64,000 nucleotides of DNA from an uncultured Verrucomicrobiae bacterium (GCA_963719495.1 CAVRCI010000013.1:384001-448000); one strand, 5' to 3'. Counted from the first letter of the stretch, positions 29,602 through 39,154 are shown. The notes: generated by a model not told the origin, from the letters alone. Translations and numbers: made by a program.

Positions 29602-29655
29602 CCCACCCCTTACAAAACTTTGATGCGGCCGCACCAAAGTTTTGTAAGGGGTGGG
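29602..29655. repeat. 54-bp near-perfect palindrome
   Basis: CCCACCCCTTACAAAACTTTG-A-TGCGGCCGCA-C-CAAAGTTTTGTAAGGGGTGGG, with one mismatched pair. Confidence 0.9.
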
Positions 29656-30012
29656 GTGGTCGATGGAGGGCCTCCTGCGGATCAAGCTTGAAATCGCGGA
29701 AAGTCCCGCCATTAATCCTATTCGATACAGGTGTTTTTTGTTCCGTGCCCGGCGACTCCCACATCTTCGTAACCCTCGCCTCGTGCCTTCGCCACGCTGT
29801 CCGAACGGTTTCGATGCTGTTGCGAAGAGGAAGTCCCCCCGAGCCGATCAGATCCACCGCGTCGCCTGACTCATCACGGTCCCAGACCACGAGCATCCGA
29901 CGCACCACACCCGACAGCCAACCGCCGTCGCCAGGTGCCCCGGCCGGGGAAACGTTTTCCGTCACAGCGGAAATTCCCGCCGCGAGTCCCGTGCGACATT
30001 ACCTAAAACAAC

Positions 30013-30891
30013 ATGTCTACAAATTACGTTCCAGAATCCGACAACTCCTCCTCCGGAGACAACTCATCCCGCCGCGGCCCACGCCGCGGAGGCCGCTCCA
30101 ATGGCGGCGGCGGCGGACGCCGCTCCTCGGGCGGTAGCCGCAACTCCGGCAGCCGCTCCAACGGCGGCGGCAGCAGCGAATCCCGCAGCCGCAAACCCGA
30201 GCCCGAGCCCCAATCCATCGTCGAAAAGATCGCCTCTTTCCTCGGCTTCGGATCCAAGGAGCCCAAGTCCATCCCCGCCTCCCGCCCACCCCGGTCCGCC
30301 GAAGAGCTGGCCGCCACCGGCAGCGGCGGACGCCGCTCCCCCGAACGTGATCGCGGCGAGCGCGGCGGACGGGGCGAACGCAGTGACCGCGGCGACCGCG
30401 GTGGTCGCAGCGACGAAAACGACAACGGAGGCGACCGCGCCCCCCGCGAACGCTCCAGCCGCAGCCGCGGCACCGGCATGCGCTCGCCCGAGATCGTCGA
30501 GGTCACCACGCCCCGGCTCTACATCGGCAACCTTTCGTTCGACGCGACCGAGAGCGATCTCACCGAGCTCTTCAAGGGTGCCGGCATCGTCCAGAACGTC
30601 GAGATCGTGACCAACCGTCAGACCGAGCGCCCCAAGGGATTCGCTTTCGTTCAAATGGAAACCGTCGACGAAGCCAAGCGCGCCGTCACCGAGCTCCACG
30701 ACAAGGAATTCCTCGGCCGCAAGCTCGTCGTCAGCGGAGCCAAAGCCTCCGAACGCCGTGACGAAAAGGTCCGCGAAGTCGTCACCGAAGAAGCACCCCA
30801 ACAGGTCGCCGATTCCAACGAGCCCATCGAGTCGAACGATCTGACCGAGTCGAACGAGTCCCCGGAATCCACCCGCGGCTCGAACGCCTGA
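30013..30891 (+). CDS. RRM-domain RNA-binding protein with long disordered R/G/S-rich N-terminus
   Basis: RNP2 LYIGNL and RNP1 KGFAFVQM. Confidence 0.9.
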   Translation: MSTNYVPESDNSSSGDNSSRRGPRRGGRSNGGGGGRRSSGGSRNSGSRSNGGGSSESRSRKPEPEPQSIVEKIASFLGFGSKEPKSIPASRPPRSAEELAATGSGGRRSPERDRGERGGRGERSDRGDRGGRSDENDNGGDRAPRERSSRSRGTGMRSPEIVEVTTPRLYIGNLSFDATESDLTELFKGAGIVQNVEIVTNRQTERPKGFAFVQMETVDEAKRAVTELHDKEFLGRKLVVSGAKASERRDEKVREVVTEEAPQQVADSNEPIESNDLTESNESPESTRGSNA

Positions 30892-31070
30892 GACCCGCCG
30901 CCCAAAATCCAAACCCTGTCATGTTGAGCGAAGCGAAACATCTCTGGCTTCTCACCCAAACGTGAAAATCACGACGGGCACCCGGGACCCATCGCAACGC
31001 TCAAAATGACAGAAACCGACGGAAAGTAATCAACACCGTCAACCAGCCACTTCCGGGCCGACCACTCTTC

Positions 31071-31961
31071 GTGGTCGGCCCGACTGGCGTCGGGAAGACC
31101 GCTTTCGCCGTCGCTCTCGCCCAGAGCCTCGGAGCCGAGATCGTCGGAGCCGACGCCTTCCAGATTTATCACGAAATCCCGGTCCTCACCGCGGCCCCGA
31201 CCGCCGCCGATCGCGCCATCGTTCCCCACCACCTCGTCGGCACCGTCCCGGTCGCGACCGCCTTCGACTCTGCCGCCTACGCCCACGCCGCCCGCGCCGC
31301 CCTCGCCGACATTCACCGCCGCGGCAAGCGAGCCCTGATCGTCGGCGGCACCGGTCTCTACGTCCGCGCCCTCACCACCGGCCTCGACCCCACACCACCC
31401 GTCGATCCCGCCCTTCGCACCGAACTCAACTCCCTCCCGCTCCCCGCCCTCGTCGCCCGCCTCCGCGACCTCGACCCCGCCGCCCCCGATCAGGTCGAAA
31501 TCGCCAACCCCCGCCGCGTCCAGCGCGCCATCGAAATCTGCGAGACCTCCGGCCGCCCCCTCGCCGACTTCCGCACCGCCACCGCCGCCCCAAAGCCAAC
31601 GAACGGAATCCTCCTCACGCGCGACCGCGCCGACCTCCTCACCCGTATTGAAGGCAACGTGACATCCCTCTTCACCGCCAACGTCGAATCCGAGATCCGC
31701 GCCCTCGGCCCCGTCGGCCCGACCGCCGCCCGCGCCCTCGGACTGTGCGAAATCCAAGCCCTCCTCCGCGGCGAAACCACCCGCGCCGAAGCCACCGTCG
31801 CCATCTCGCTCGCGACCCGCCAATACGCCAAACGGCAATTGACTTGGTTCCGCAACCAGCTCAATTTCGCGCCGTTGGATCTCACGACGTTTCCCCACCT
31901 CCGCGACGCGGTTGACCACGCCGCGATCAACCTCGCTCACCGCCTGCCCGACCTCGCATGA
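31071..31961 (+). CDS. miaA: tRNA dimethylallyltransferase
   Basis: GPTGVGKT, DAFQIY, VGGTGLY, NPRRVQRA, TRQYAKRQLTWF; start uncertain. Confidence 0.95.
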   Translation: MVGPTGVGKTAFAVALAQSLGAEIVGADAFQIYHEIPVLTAAPTAADRAIVPHHLVGTVPVATAFDSAAYAHAARAALADIHRRGKRALIVGGTGLYVRALTTGLDPTPPVDPALRTELNSLPLPALVARLRDLDPAAPDQVEIANPRRVQRAIEICETSGRPLADFRTATAAPKPTNGILLTRDRADLLTRIEGNVTSLFTANVESEIRALGPVGPTAARALGLCEIQALLRGETTRAEATVAISLATRQYAKRQLTWFRNQLNFAPLDLTTFPHLRDAVDHAAINLAHRLPDLA

Positions 31962-33244
31962 TCGAGTTCGCTCCCTCCGCCACCGAGAAGGCCATTCTCG
32001 TCGGCCTCGAGCAGCAGGGAGTCAGCCACTGGGACCTCGAGGATTCCCTCGCCGAGCTCGAACAACTCGCCGCCACCGCCGGAGCCGAAGTCGTCGACAC
32101 CTTCGTGCAAAAGCTCGATAAACCGACCGCCCCCTATTACATCGGCAAAGGTAAAGCCGAGGAGGTCCGCGTCGCCTGTCGCGGCAAGCGCGCGAATTCC
32201 ATCATCTTCGACGACGAACTCTCACCCGCCCAGGGCCGCAACCTCGAGAAGCTCACCGACCGGAAGGTCCTCGACCGCACCCAGCTCATTCTCGACATCT
32301 TCGCCAAGCGCGCCCGCACCAGGGAAGGCCGCCTCCAGATCGAGCTCGCCCAGCTCCAATACCTCCTCCCCCGCCTCACCCGCATGTGGACCCACCTTTC
32401 GCGCCAAAACGGCGGCATCGGCACCCGCGGCCCCGGCGAGACCCAGCTCGAAGTCGACCGCCGCCGCGTGCAGGACCGCATCGGCAAACTCGAACGCGAC
32501 CTCCGCGAAGTGCGAAAAAATCGCACCGTCCAGCGCGAAGGCCGCCTCCGCCACAACTGGCCGGTCTGCGCCGTGATCGGCTACACCAACGCCGGCAAAT
32601 CCTCCCTCCTCAACCGCCTCACCGGCTCCCACGTCCTCGCCGAGAACAAGCTCTTCGCCACCCTCGACCCCACGACCCGCCAGTTCGTCCTCCCCAACAA
32701 CCAGAAGACGCTCCTCACCGACACCGTCGGCTTCATCCGCAAGCTCCCGACCACCGTCATCGAATCCTTCAAAGCCACGCTCGAAGAGGTCGCTCTCGCC
32801 GACATCCTCCTCCACGTCATCGATGTCAGCCACCCCCACTTCCACGAGCAAATGGCCGCCGTCGACGCGACCCTCGCCGAGCTGGGTGCCAACGGCAAAC
32901 AGACCGTCCTCATTTTCAACAAAATCGATCAGGTCCGTGATCAGGCCATCGTCGACAACGCGCTCGACCACCATCCGGGCAGCGTCGCCGTCTCCGCAAA
33001 GACCGGCGAAGGCATCGAAATCTTCCTCGACGAACTCGTCATCCGCCTCGCCGCCTGGCGCCTGAAAGCCGAGTTCCACATCCCGGCCACCGCCTCCGCC
33101 GCCGTCGCCGAACTCCACCGCGTCGGCCACGTCCTCAGCACCCGCTACGACGGCGACACCATCATCGTCCGAGCCCACATCCCACCGGAACTGAAAAGCC
33201 GCTTCGCCGAATTCGAGCCGCGAAGTGAAGTGACTGCCCGCTAA
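31958..33244 (+). CDS. hflX: GTPase HflX
   Basis: GPGETQLE, GYTNAGKS, LFATLDPT, DTVGFI, NKID motifs. Confidence 0.97.
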   Translation: MIEFAPSATEKAILVGLEQQGVSHWDLEDSLAELEQLAATAGAEVVDTFVQKLDKPTAPYYIGKGKAEEVRVACRGKRANSIIFDDELSPAQGRNLEKLTDRKVLDRTQLILDIFAKRARTREGRLQIELAQLQYLLPRLTRMWTHLSRQNGGIGTRGPGETQLEVDRRRVQDRIGKLERDLREVRKNRTVQREGRLRHNWPVCAVIGYTNAGKSSLLNRLTGSHVLAENKLFATLDPTTRQFVLPNNQKTLLTDTVGFIRKLPTTVIESFKATLEEVALADILLHVIDVSHPHFHEQMAAVDATLAELGANGKQTVLIFNKIDQVRDQAIVDNALDHHPGSVAVSAKTGEGIEIFLDELVIRLAAWRLKAEFHIPATASAAVAELHRVGHVLSTRYDGDTIIVRAHIPPELKSRFAEFEPRSEVTAR

Positions 33245-33364
33245 ACACGCGAAACGACGCAAATGGGATGAGGGGAAAATGCATTTCCTCCAGTATCCAT
33301 TCGCGTAAATTCGCGTGTTTAGCGGGCAACTCATCCAACCCCTCCGCGGGCACGTTAAACTTCC

Positions 33365-34588
33365 ATGATTTACGCTGACTCACCGGTCGCCCGCGCCCAC
33401 CGCGCCACCCGCCTCGGCGGGCTCGAGCTCCTCGAACGCTTCCTCCCCCGCGCCGCCGACTACACCGACCGCCGCAACTACGACCTCGGCCCCGACGACC
33501 GCACGAACGTCTCCCGCCTCTCGCCCTACCTCACCACCCGGCTCCTCAGTCAGCGCGACCTCCTCCAAGCCGTCCTCGCCCACCACCCCCAGGCCGACGT
33601 CACCAGCTTCATCCACCAGACCTGCTGGCGCACCTACTTCAAAGGCTGGCTCGAAATGCGCCCCGCCGTCTGGGACGACTGGCGCGCCGACTGCGAAGCG
33701 CTCGCCGGCAACGAGGCCGCCGCCCGCGCCCTGGCCTTCGTCGACTCGCCGACCGGCATCGATTGCTTCGACGCCTGGGCCGCCGAACTCATCGAGACCG
33801 GCTGGCTCCACAACCACGCCCGCATGTGGTTTGCCAGCATCTGGATCTTCACGCTCGGCCTCCCCTGGCAGCTCGGCGCGAAGTTTTTCTACACCCACCT
33901 CCTCGACGGCGACCCCGCCAGCAATACCCTCTCCTGGCGCTGGGTCGCCGGCATCCAGACGAAGGGCAAACACTACCTCGCCCGGTCCGAGAACATCGCG
34001 AAGTTCACCGAAGGCCGCTTCACCGGCGGCGACCGCCTCGACGAAAACGCCGCCCCCATCACCGACGACCGCGACTATCCGCCGCAAAATCTCGCCCTCC
34101 CCGACCCGGCCACGTTCCCGACCGAAGGCCGCATCGGCGTGCTCCTCCACGGCAAGGATTGCTCGTTCGAACTCACGCTCAGCCCAGCGGTCCAACCCGT
34201 CGCGGTCGCGGTCGGTTGGCCCTACGGATTCAATCAGCTCACCGGCTGGTCGCCCGCCGTCACGGAGTTCCGCAAGGAGGCGCTGCACGACGCCACCGAG
34301 CGCGCGATCCGCCGCTGGAATTGTCGACACGTCGACCTCTCCGCCGTCGAGGATTGGAGCAAAACCATCAACGAGTGGGCCGCCGCCGAGCGCCTCGACG
34401 CCATCATCACGCCCTACCTCACGGTCGGCCCGTGGCGCGACTTCCTCCGCCCCCGGCTCGCCGAAATCGACGTTCCCGTCCACGAAATCGTCCGCGACTG
34501 GGACCGCACCCTCTGGCCCCACGCCACCAAGGGCTTCTTCCCCTTCCGCAAACACATCCCCCCCGCCTTGAAAACCTTTGCGGCATAG
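33365..34588 (+). CDS. Photolyase-family protein with N-terminal FAD-binding domain (inverted domain order, NewPHL-like)
   Basis: VSRLSPY, TGIDCFDAW, GWLHNHARMWFAS, LLDGDPASNTLSWRWVAG in the N-terminal half. Confidence 0.8.
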   Translation: MIYADSPVARAHRATRLGGLELLERFLPRAADYTDRRNYDLGPDDRTNVSRLSPYLTTRLLSQRDLLQAVLAHHPQADVTSFIHQTCWRTYFKGWLEMRPAVWDDWRADCEALAGNEAAARALAFVDSPTGIDCFDAWAAELIETGWLHNHARMWFASIWIFTLGLPWQLGAKFFYTHLLDGDPASNTLSWRWVAGIQTKGKHYLARSENIAKFTEGRFTGGDRLDENAAPITDDRDYPPQNLALPDPATFPTEGRIGVLLHGKDCSFELTLSPAVQPVAVAVGWPYGFNQLTGWSPAVTEFRKEALHDATERAIRRWNCRHVDLSAVEDWSKTINEWAAAERLDAIITPYLTVGPWRDFLRPRLAEIDVPVHEIVRDWDRTLWPHATKGFFPFRKHIPPALKTFAA

Positions 34589-34600
34589 CCGCAAACACGT

Positions 34601-34620
34601 GGAATCGGCTTCCAGCCGAT
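34601..34620 (+). repeat. REP-like family GGAATCGGCTTCCAGCCGAT (copies also at 38161-38180 and 44247-44263; partial at 1-10)
   Basis: Identical hairpin cores read directly. Confidence 0.8.
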
Positions 34621-34651
34621 CACCACCTCAAAGATCGGCCTCGAGCCGATC

Positions 34652-37015
34652 TCACTTCCCCCCAACGCTCCGACCCACCGGACCACCCACCGGCACCGAA
34701 GGCGCCCACTTCAACCAAGCCCCCTTCGGCTTCTCGTAAAGCGGAAACCGGCTCCCGTCCCCCACGCGCTCGCCGAGATCCGCGTCGTCCGGCGTGGCGA
34801 ACGCGATGCCGCCCAACGTGAGCGTCGTCAGCGGCGTCGGCTCGACCTTCAAAAACAAAAACCCAAGCGACGCCTTGAGACCGCCCACGTCCCAGAACCG
34901 CGTATTCGTCCGCACGAGCGGTGCGTATCGCGGCTCGATCTCCACCACGAGATCCACCTTCCCCGCCTCCGGCGACAACGCCTTCCGCAGCACCTTCCCG
35001 ACCGTCACCCCGCGGTAAAACACCGGCGCGTTCACGCCGATCTTCGTCGTCTCCGCCGCCAACACGACCTGCAAGCCAGACTCGACGACGGCCTGCAAGT
35101 CCTCGGCCGCCTCCTCGGCGACCTCCGTCGATTGCGCGACGAATTCCTCCGCCGGCTCGTCGCCCGTCCCCGGCACGCAATCGATGTAAACCCCGCTCAC
35201 CAAAGTCTCCAACCCCGTCACCCCCTCGAGCGACACCTCCGGTCGAACCATCGTGAATACGCTCCCCCTCCGCCGCAGCATCGGATACCCGGCCTCGAAC
35301 CGCGCCACGACGCGCACCCCGTCCTCCTCGACCGTCACCGATTCCACCAAACCCACCGGCAACCCGCGGAACCGCATTTGAGTCCGGCCCGCGACCAATC
35401 CCTGACCATCCGCAAACGAGATCCGAATCGGCGGCGACACCGCCCGCGCCGCCGCCTCCGTCTCGAACAACGAATACGCCGCGCCGTCCGCCGCCGACCC
35501 CGCCGCTTCACCGAAGACGTCGAACTCCACCCCACCTTGCAACAGCGAATCCAGCCCATCGACCGCCAGCTGTAGTCCCCCCGGCCCCACGCCCACCGTG
35601 ATCGCCGACGAAGCCCAGAAGCGCGCATTTTCCCGCACCGTCGACGCGGAGTCCGGCTCGATCACGATCTTCAGCTCCGCCGTCCCGTTCTCCCCGATTC
35701 CCTTGCCGATCACCCGACCGACCACGACGCCCCGCCGCATCACCGGAGCCCCCACCCCAAGCGCCCCGATCCGCCGCGCCGCCACCGTGATCGCCAACCC
35801 CTGATCGCTCGTCGGCAGCGTCAGCCAATCCGTGCCCGGCGTCCGCCCCTCGAAGGTCTCCCCCATCACCGTCCCGTCGCCCGGCTCGCAGGCGATGTAG
35901 TTTCCGTTGAGCAGCGTATCCAGCCCCGACACGCCCTCGAGCGTCACCCGCGCCCGCACCAGCGTGAACCCCGCCCCGTCGCTACGAAACCGGTCGAACT
36001 CCGGCTCCAGGTGCGCGACCACGTCGACCTTGCCACTTTCGAGATTCAACTCCGCCGAGGCCACGATCCCGATCGTGACGTCGAGGTAACGCAATTCCGT
36101 CTCGCCCGCGACCAAGCCCAGACCACTGTCGAACGTGATGTGGATCGGCGGCGACGTCGCTCGTGCCGCCGCCTCGGTGGCGAACAGTTGGAACTCCGCC
36201 TCGTCCTCGACCGGCTCACCCCGGTCGCCGAAGGAATCGAACTCGATCCCGCCCTGCACCAACGCCGCCACGCTCGGCACCGCCAGACTCACGCCGGACG
36301 CACCCGTCTTGAGCGACGCCAACGGCATCTGCCAGAACCGCGAATTCTTCCCCACCAGATCGCTGAATTCTTCCCCCACCACGACCTCGAGCAGCGGATC
36401 CCCCGCCTCGTCCAGCTTCGCCTCGTTCACCGCGCCCACCGCCACCCCGCGGTGGAAGACCGGCGCGCCCCGCACGATCCGGGGCATCGTTTGCGGCCGC
36501 AGACTCAGCACCACCGACGGCGCTTCCAACGGCTCGATCGGCATCTGACTCAATCCCTCGAAATGCGTCGCCCGTTCGCCGCCCCCGAGCCGGGCTTGCA
36601 GAGAATTCCCCTGGATGATCGATTCCAACCCCGACAATTGCACCAACGACACGACCGGTTTATCGATCCAGAAGATCGTCTTCTCCCGCGCAAGCTCCTC
36701 CGCAAACGCCTGCAGCAGCACCGTCACCCGCACCCCCCCGAGGTTCGGCCGCAACTCGACCTTCGTCACCTTCCCGGCCTCCGCCCCCCGGTAGAGCAGC
36801 ACCGTCTTCCCCGCCTGCAGCCCCGGCGCCGCGTCGAAATCGATCTCGATCTCCGGCCCCCGCGACCTCCAATTCGAAAAAAACAGCCAGCCCGCCGCCG
36901 TGATCGCGAGCACCGGAAAGATCCACGCCCCCGAGACCCGCCAACGCCCCCCGCGCACGACCTCGCCGTGATCCTCCCGTTCCGGGCCGGGCGTGGGTTC
37001 GTCGGAGTTCGTCAT
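34652..37015 (-). CDS. Multi-MCE protein (PqiB/LetB-like), six MCE domains
   Basis: N-terminal TM helix and six repeats of the G...V.yRG...G.V / FW pattern. Confidence 0.88.
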   Translation of the reverse strand: MTNSDEPTPGPEREDHGEVVRGGRWRVSGAWIFPVLAITAAGWLFFSNWRSRGPEIEIDFDAAPGLQAGKTVLLYRGAEAGKVTKVELRPNLGGVRVTVLLQAFAEELAREKTIFWIDKPVVSLVQLSGLESIIQGNSLQARLGGGERATHFEGLSQMPIEPLEAPSVVLSLRPQTMPRIVRGAPVFHRGVAVGAVNEAKLDEAGDPLLEVVVGEEFSDLVGKNSRFWQMPLASLKTGASGVSLAVPSVAALVQGGIEFDSFGDRGEPVEDEAEFQLFATEAAARATSPPIHITFDSGLGLVAGETELRYLDVTIGIVASAELNLESGKVDVVAHLEPEFDRFRSDGAGFTLVRARVTLEGVSGLDTLLNGNYIACEPGDGTVMGETFEGRTPGTDWLTLPTSDQGLAITVAARRIGALGVGAPVMRRGVVVGRVIGKGIGENGTAELKIVIEPDSASTVRENARFWASSAITVGVGPGGLQLAVDGLDSLLQGGVEFDVFGEAAGSAADGAAYSLFETEAAARAVSPPIRISFADGQGLVAGRTQMRFRGLPVGLVESVTVEEDGVRVVARFEAGYPMLRRRGSVFTMVRPEVSLEGVTGLETLVSGVYIDCVPGTGDEPAEEFVAQSTEVAEEAAEDLQAVVESGLQVVLAAETTKIGVNAPVFYRGVTVGKVLRKALSPEAGKVDLVVEIEPRYAPLVRTNTRFWDVGGLKASLGFLFLKVEPTPLTTLTLGGIAFATPDDADLGERVGDGSRFPLYEKPKGAWLKWAPSVPVGGPVGRSVGGK

Positions 37016-37530
37016 GTCGCCGGAGCCGCGTCGTTCTGCCAGATCCACTTCGATTCGTAAACCTCCGCCGCAACCAACGTGGCCACCAGCACCGCCGCGA
37101 AAAAGAACGCCCCCGGCCCGGCCTCGACGCTCGCGAGAATCCCCAACTGCCCCACCCCCACCAGGATCGACAACAAAAACAGGTCGATCATCGACCAATT
37201 CCCGATCTTGTGCAGAAACCGCAGCAACTTCGTCCTCTCCCGCCGCCACTCCGGCCGCCCGTGCATGAGCAGCAGCCAGCTCAAGCTCGCCAGTTTGCCA
37301 AATGGCACCACGATGCTCGCCAGAAAAACGATCCCCGCCACCAACACCAAACCCGAATGATACAGCTCCAGCACCCCACCGATGATCGTGAGCACCTCGA
37401 CCTGACCCGTCACCGTGATCGTCATCACCGGCAGCACGTTCGCCGGCACGTAGAGCACCAACCCCGCCGCCACCAGCGCCGCCGCCCGCTGCCACCCTAC
37501 CCCGCGGTCCACCCCAGCCCGCTCAGTCAT
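37012..37530 (-). CDS. pqiA: Paraquat-inducible protein A family (C-terminal half)
   Basis: PANVLPVM, ASIVVP, IGNWSMIDLF motifs. Confidence 0.88.
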   Translation of the reverse strand: MTERAGVDRGVGWQRAAALVAAGLVLYVPANVLPVMTITVTGQVEVLTIIGGVLELYHSGLVLVAGIVFLASIVVPFGKLASLSWLLLMHGRPEWRRERTKLLRFLHKIGNWSMIDLFLLSILVGVGQLGILASVEAGPGAFFFAAVLVATLVAAEVYESKWIWQNDAAPAT

Positions 37531-37554
37531 CGCAGTCCCCCCAGCCCCCCCCAG

Positions 37555-38214
37555 TCATCGCAGTTCCGCCACCCGACGCTCCGCCGCCACCCGGTCGAAC
37601 GTCCCGATCACCGCCCACGAACACACCGAGAGCAGCACGATCCACAACGACCCCCGCCGCCACACCACCTCACCCAGCAACTCCAGCCGCACCACCGCGA
37701 CCAGGATCCCCACCGCGTAGACCATCACGAGATTCCAAGGCGCCAACCGCTCGATCATCCCCGCCAACGACTCGACCCCCGGCCACCGCCGCCCCGCCCC
37801 GCACGCCGCCGCGACGTAGCCCGCCGCCCCCAGGTGCATCACCGGCCCCGCGATCGCCGCAAAAGCCACCAACACCGCCACCGGCCAGTAACCCTGCGCG
37901 ATCAACCCGATCACGCCGGTCAGGATCTCGTTCGACTGCCGGTTCCCCGCCACGTTCAGCGTGAGAATCGGATCCAGATTTGCCAGCACCACCAGCACCA
38001 ACCCCGTCACCGCCAAAGCCAGCAAAGACTGCCACGTCCCTTCCCTTCGCCACGACCGCAACCGGCCGCCACACCGCCGACACCGGATCCCATCCCCCCG
38101 CGAAAGCGCCCGATCCCGGCACCCCGCCCCACAATCCGGACAAATCAACCACCCCAACGTGGAATCGGCTTCCAGCCGATCACCAACCCGCCGCGAAGCG
38201 CACTCCGAACTCAT
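37555..38214 (-). CDS. pqiA: Paraquat-inducible protein A family (N-terminal half with Zn ribbon)
   Basis: CPDCG...CRRCG, LANLDPIL, PWNLVMVY; start uncertain. Confidence 0.82.
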   Translation of the reverse strand: MSSECASRRVGDRLEADSTLGWLICPDCGAGCRDRALSRGDGIRCRRCGGRLRSWRREGTWQSLLALAVTGLVLVVLANLDPILTLNVAGNRQSNEILTGVIGLIAQGYWPVAVLVAFAAIAGPVMHLGAAGYVAAACGAGRRWPGVESLAGMIERLAPWNLVMVYAVGILVAVVRLELLGEVVWRRGSLWIVLLSVCSWAVIGTFDRVAAERRVAELR

Positions 38215-38243
38215 CGCCGAACCCCCCGCACCCCCGCCACGCC

Positions 38244-39065
38244 TCACACCCCCAACCGCGCAAACAACTCGTTCAGCGGCAGTTGAATCCCGATGTAAAA
38301 CTCTCCGAAGTCCGCGTAATCCGCGCTCACCGGATCGAACCGCATCTCATACACGATCGCCTTGATCTCGCTCGTCGTGTGCGCAAAGAGCGTCACCCCC
38401 CACTCCGCGTCATCCAGCCCCGTCGACCCAGTGATCAACTGCCGCACCCGCCCCGCATACGTCCGCCCCACCTTCGCGTGGCCCGCCATCAGCCTCTTCC
38501 GCTCCGCGAAATCCAGCGCATACCAATTCTGCCCCACCGCGCGCCGCTTCGCCATCGGGTAGAAACAAAAGACCGGCCAATCCGCGAGATTCGGCTCCAG
38601 CCGGTCTTTCGCGTATTTCGTCATCCGCTCGCGGAACTCGACCAACTTCGCGTCCGACTCCGCCGACCCGACCTTCAGGCCATCCTCCGCCTCCAACGAC
38701 GCCGCGTAATCCGCCTCGCTCGTCGTGTATTCGCTCCGCTCCGTCATCGACAAATAACTGAACTCCGGCGTGAGAATCCCCGGCCCCAGCGACAGCGTCA
38801 GTTGCTTGCCGATCCGGTCCAGCGCTTGAAGATCCGGACACACCAGCATGAACCCCACGTCCGCCCGCGGCGTCACCATGCTCAGCGTGAGAAGCTGCGT
38901 GTCGTCCTCCGCCCGCACGTCCTTCACCAGATTCGCCAGATCCGTCTTCGCCGCCAGCCGGTCCTCGTTGCTCAGCAATTCCCACGACCCGTAGTCGACT
39001 CGGTAAAAGACGTGGAGGACGTGGCGTCCCTCCGTGGGCAAAATCGGGGTGGTCTCGGATTCCAT
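38244..39065 (-). CDS. chdC: Coproheme decarboxylase (HemQ/ChdC), chlorite-dismutase superfamily
   Basis: SMTERSEY, CFYPMAKRR, NWYAL, RLMAGH, QLITGSTGLDDAEWGVTLF, IVYEMRFD motifs. Confidence 0.8.
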   Translation of the reverse strand: MESETTPILPTEGRHVLHVFYRVDYGSWELLSNEDRLAAKTDLANLVKDVRAEDDTQLLTLSMVTPRADVGFMLVCPDLQALDRIGKQLTLSLGPGILTPEFSYLSMTERSEYTTSEADYAASLEAEDGLKVGSAESDAKLVEFRERMTKYAKDRLEPNLADWPVFCFYPMAKRRAVGQNWYALDFAERKRLMAGHAKVGRTYAGRVRQLITGSTGLDDAEWGVTLFAHTTSEIKAIVYEMRFDPVSADYADFGEFYIGIQLPLNELFARLGV

Positions 39066-39154
39066 GAGCCCACGAAAATCGGGCATTCCGCCGAAAAAAC
39101 AATTGCAATCCCCAGCGTCGTTCCTAGTTTGCGTCGTCTCAAAGGACTCACAAC

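Noticed and set aside
30130..30142. ops-like GGCGGTAG
   Set aside because: It lies inside the RRM coding region, lacks the downstream TG of the ops consensus, and is expected by chance at this GC content.
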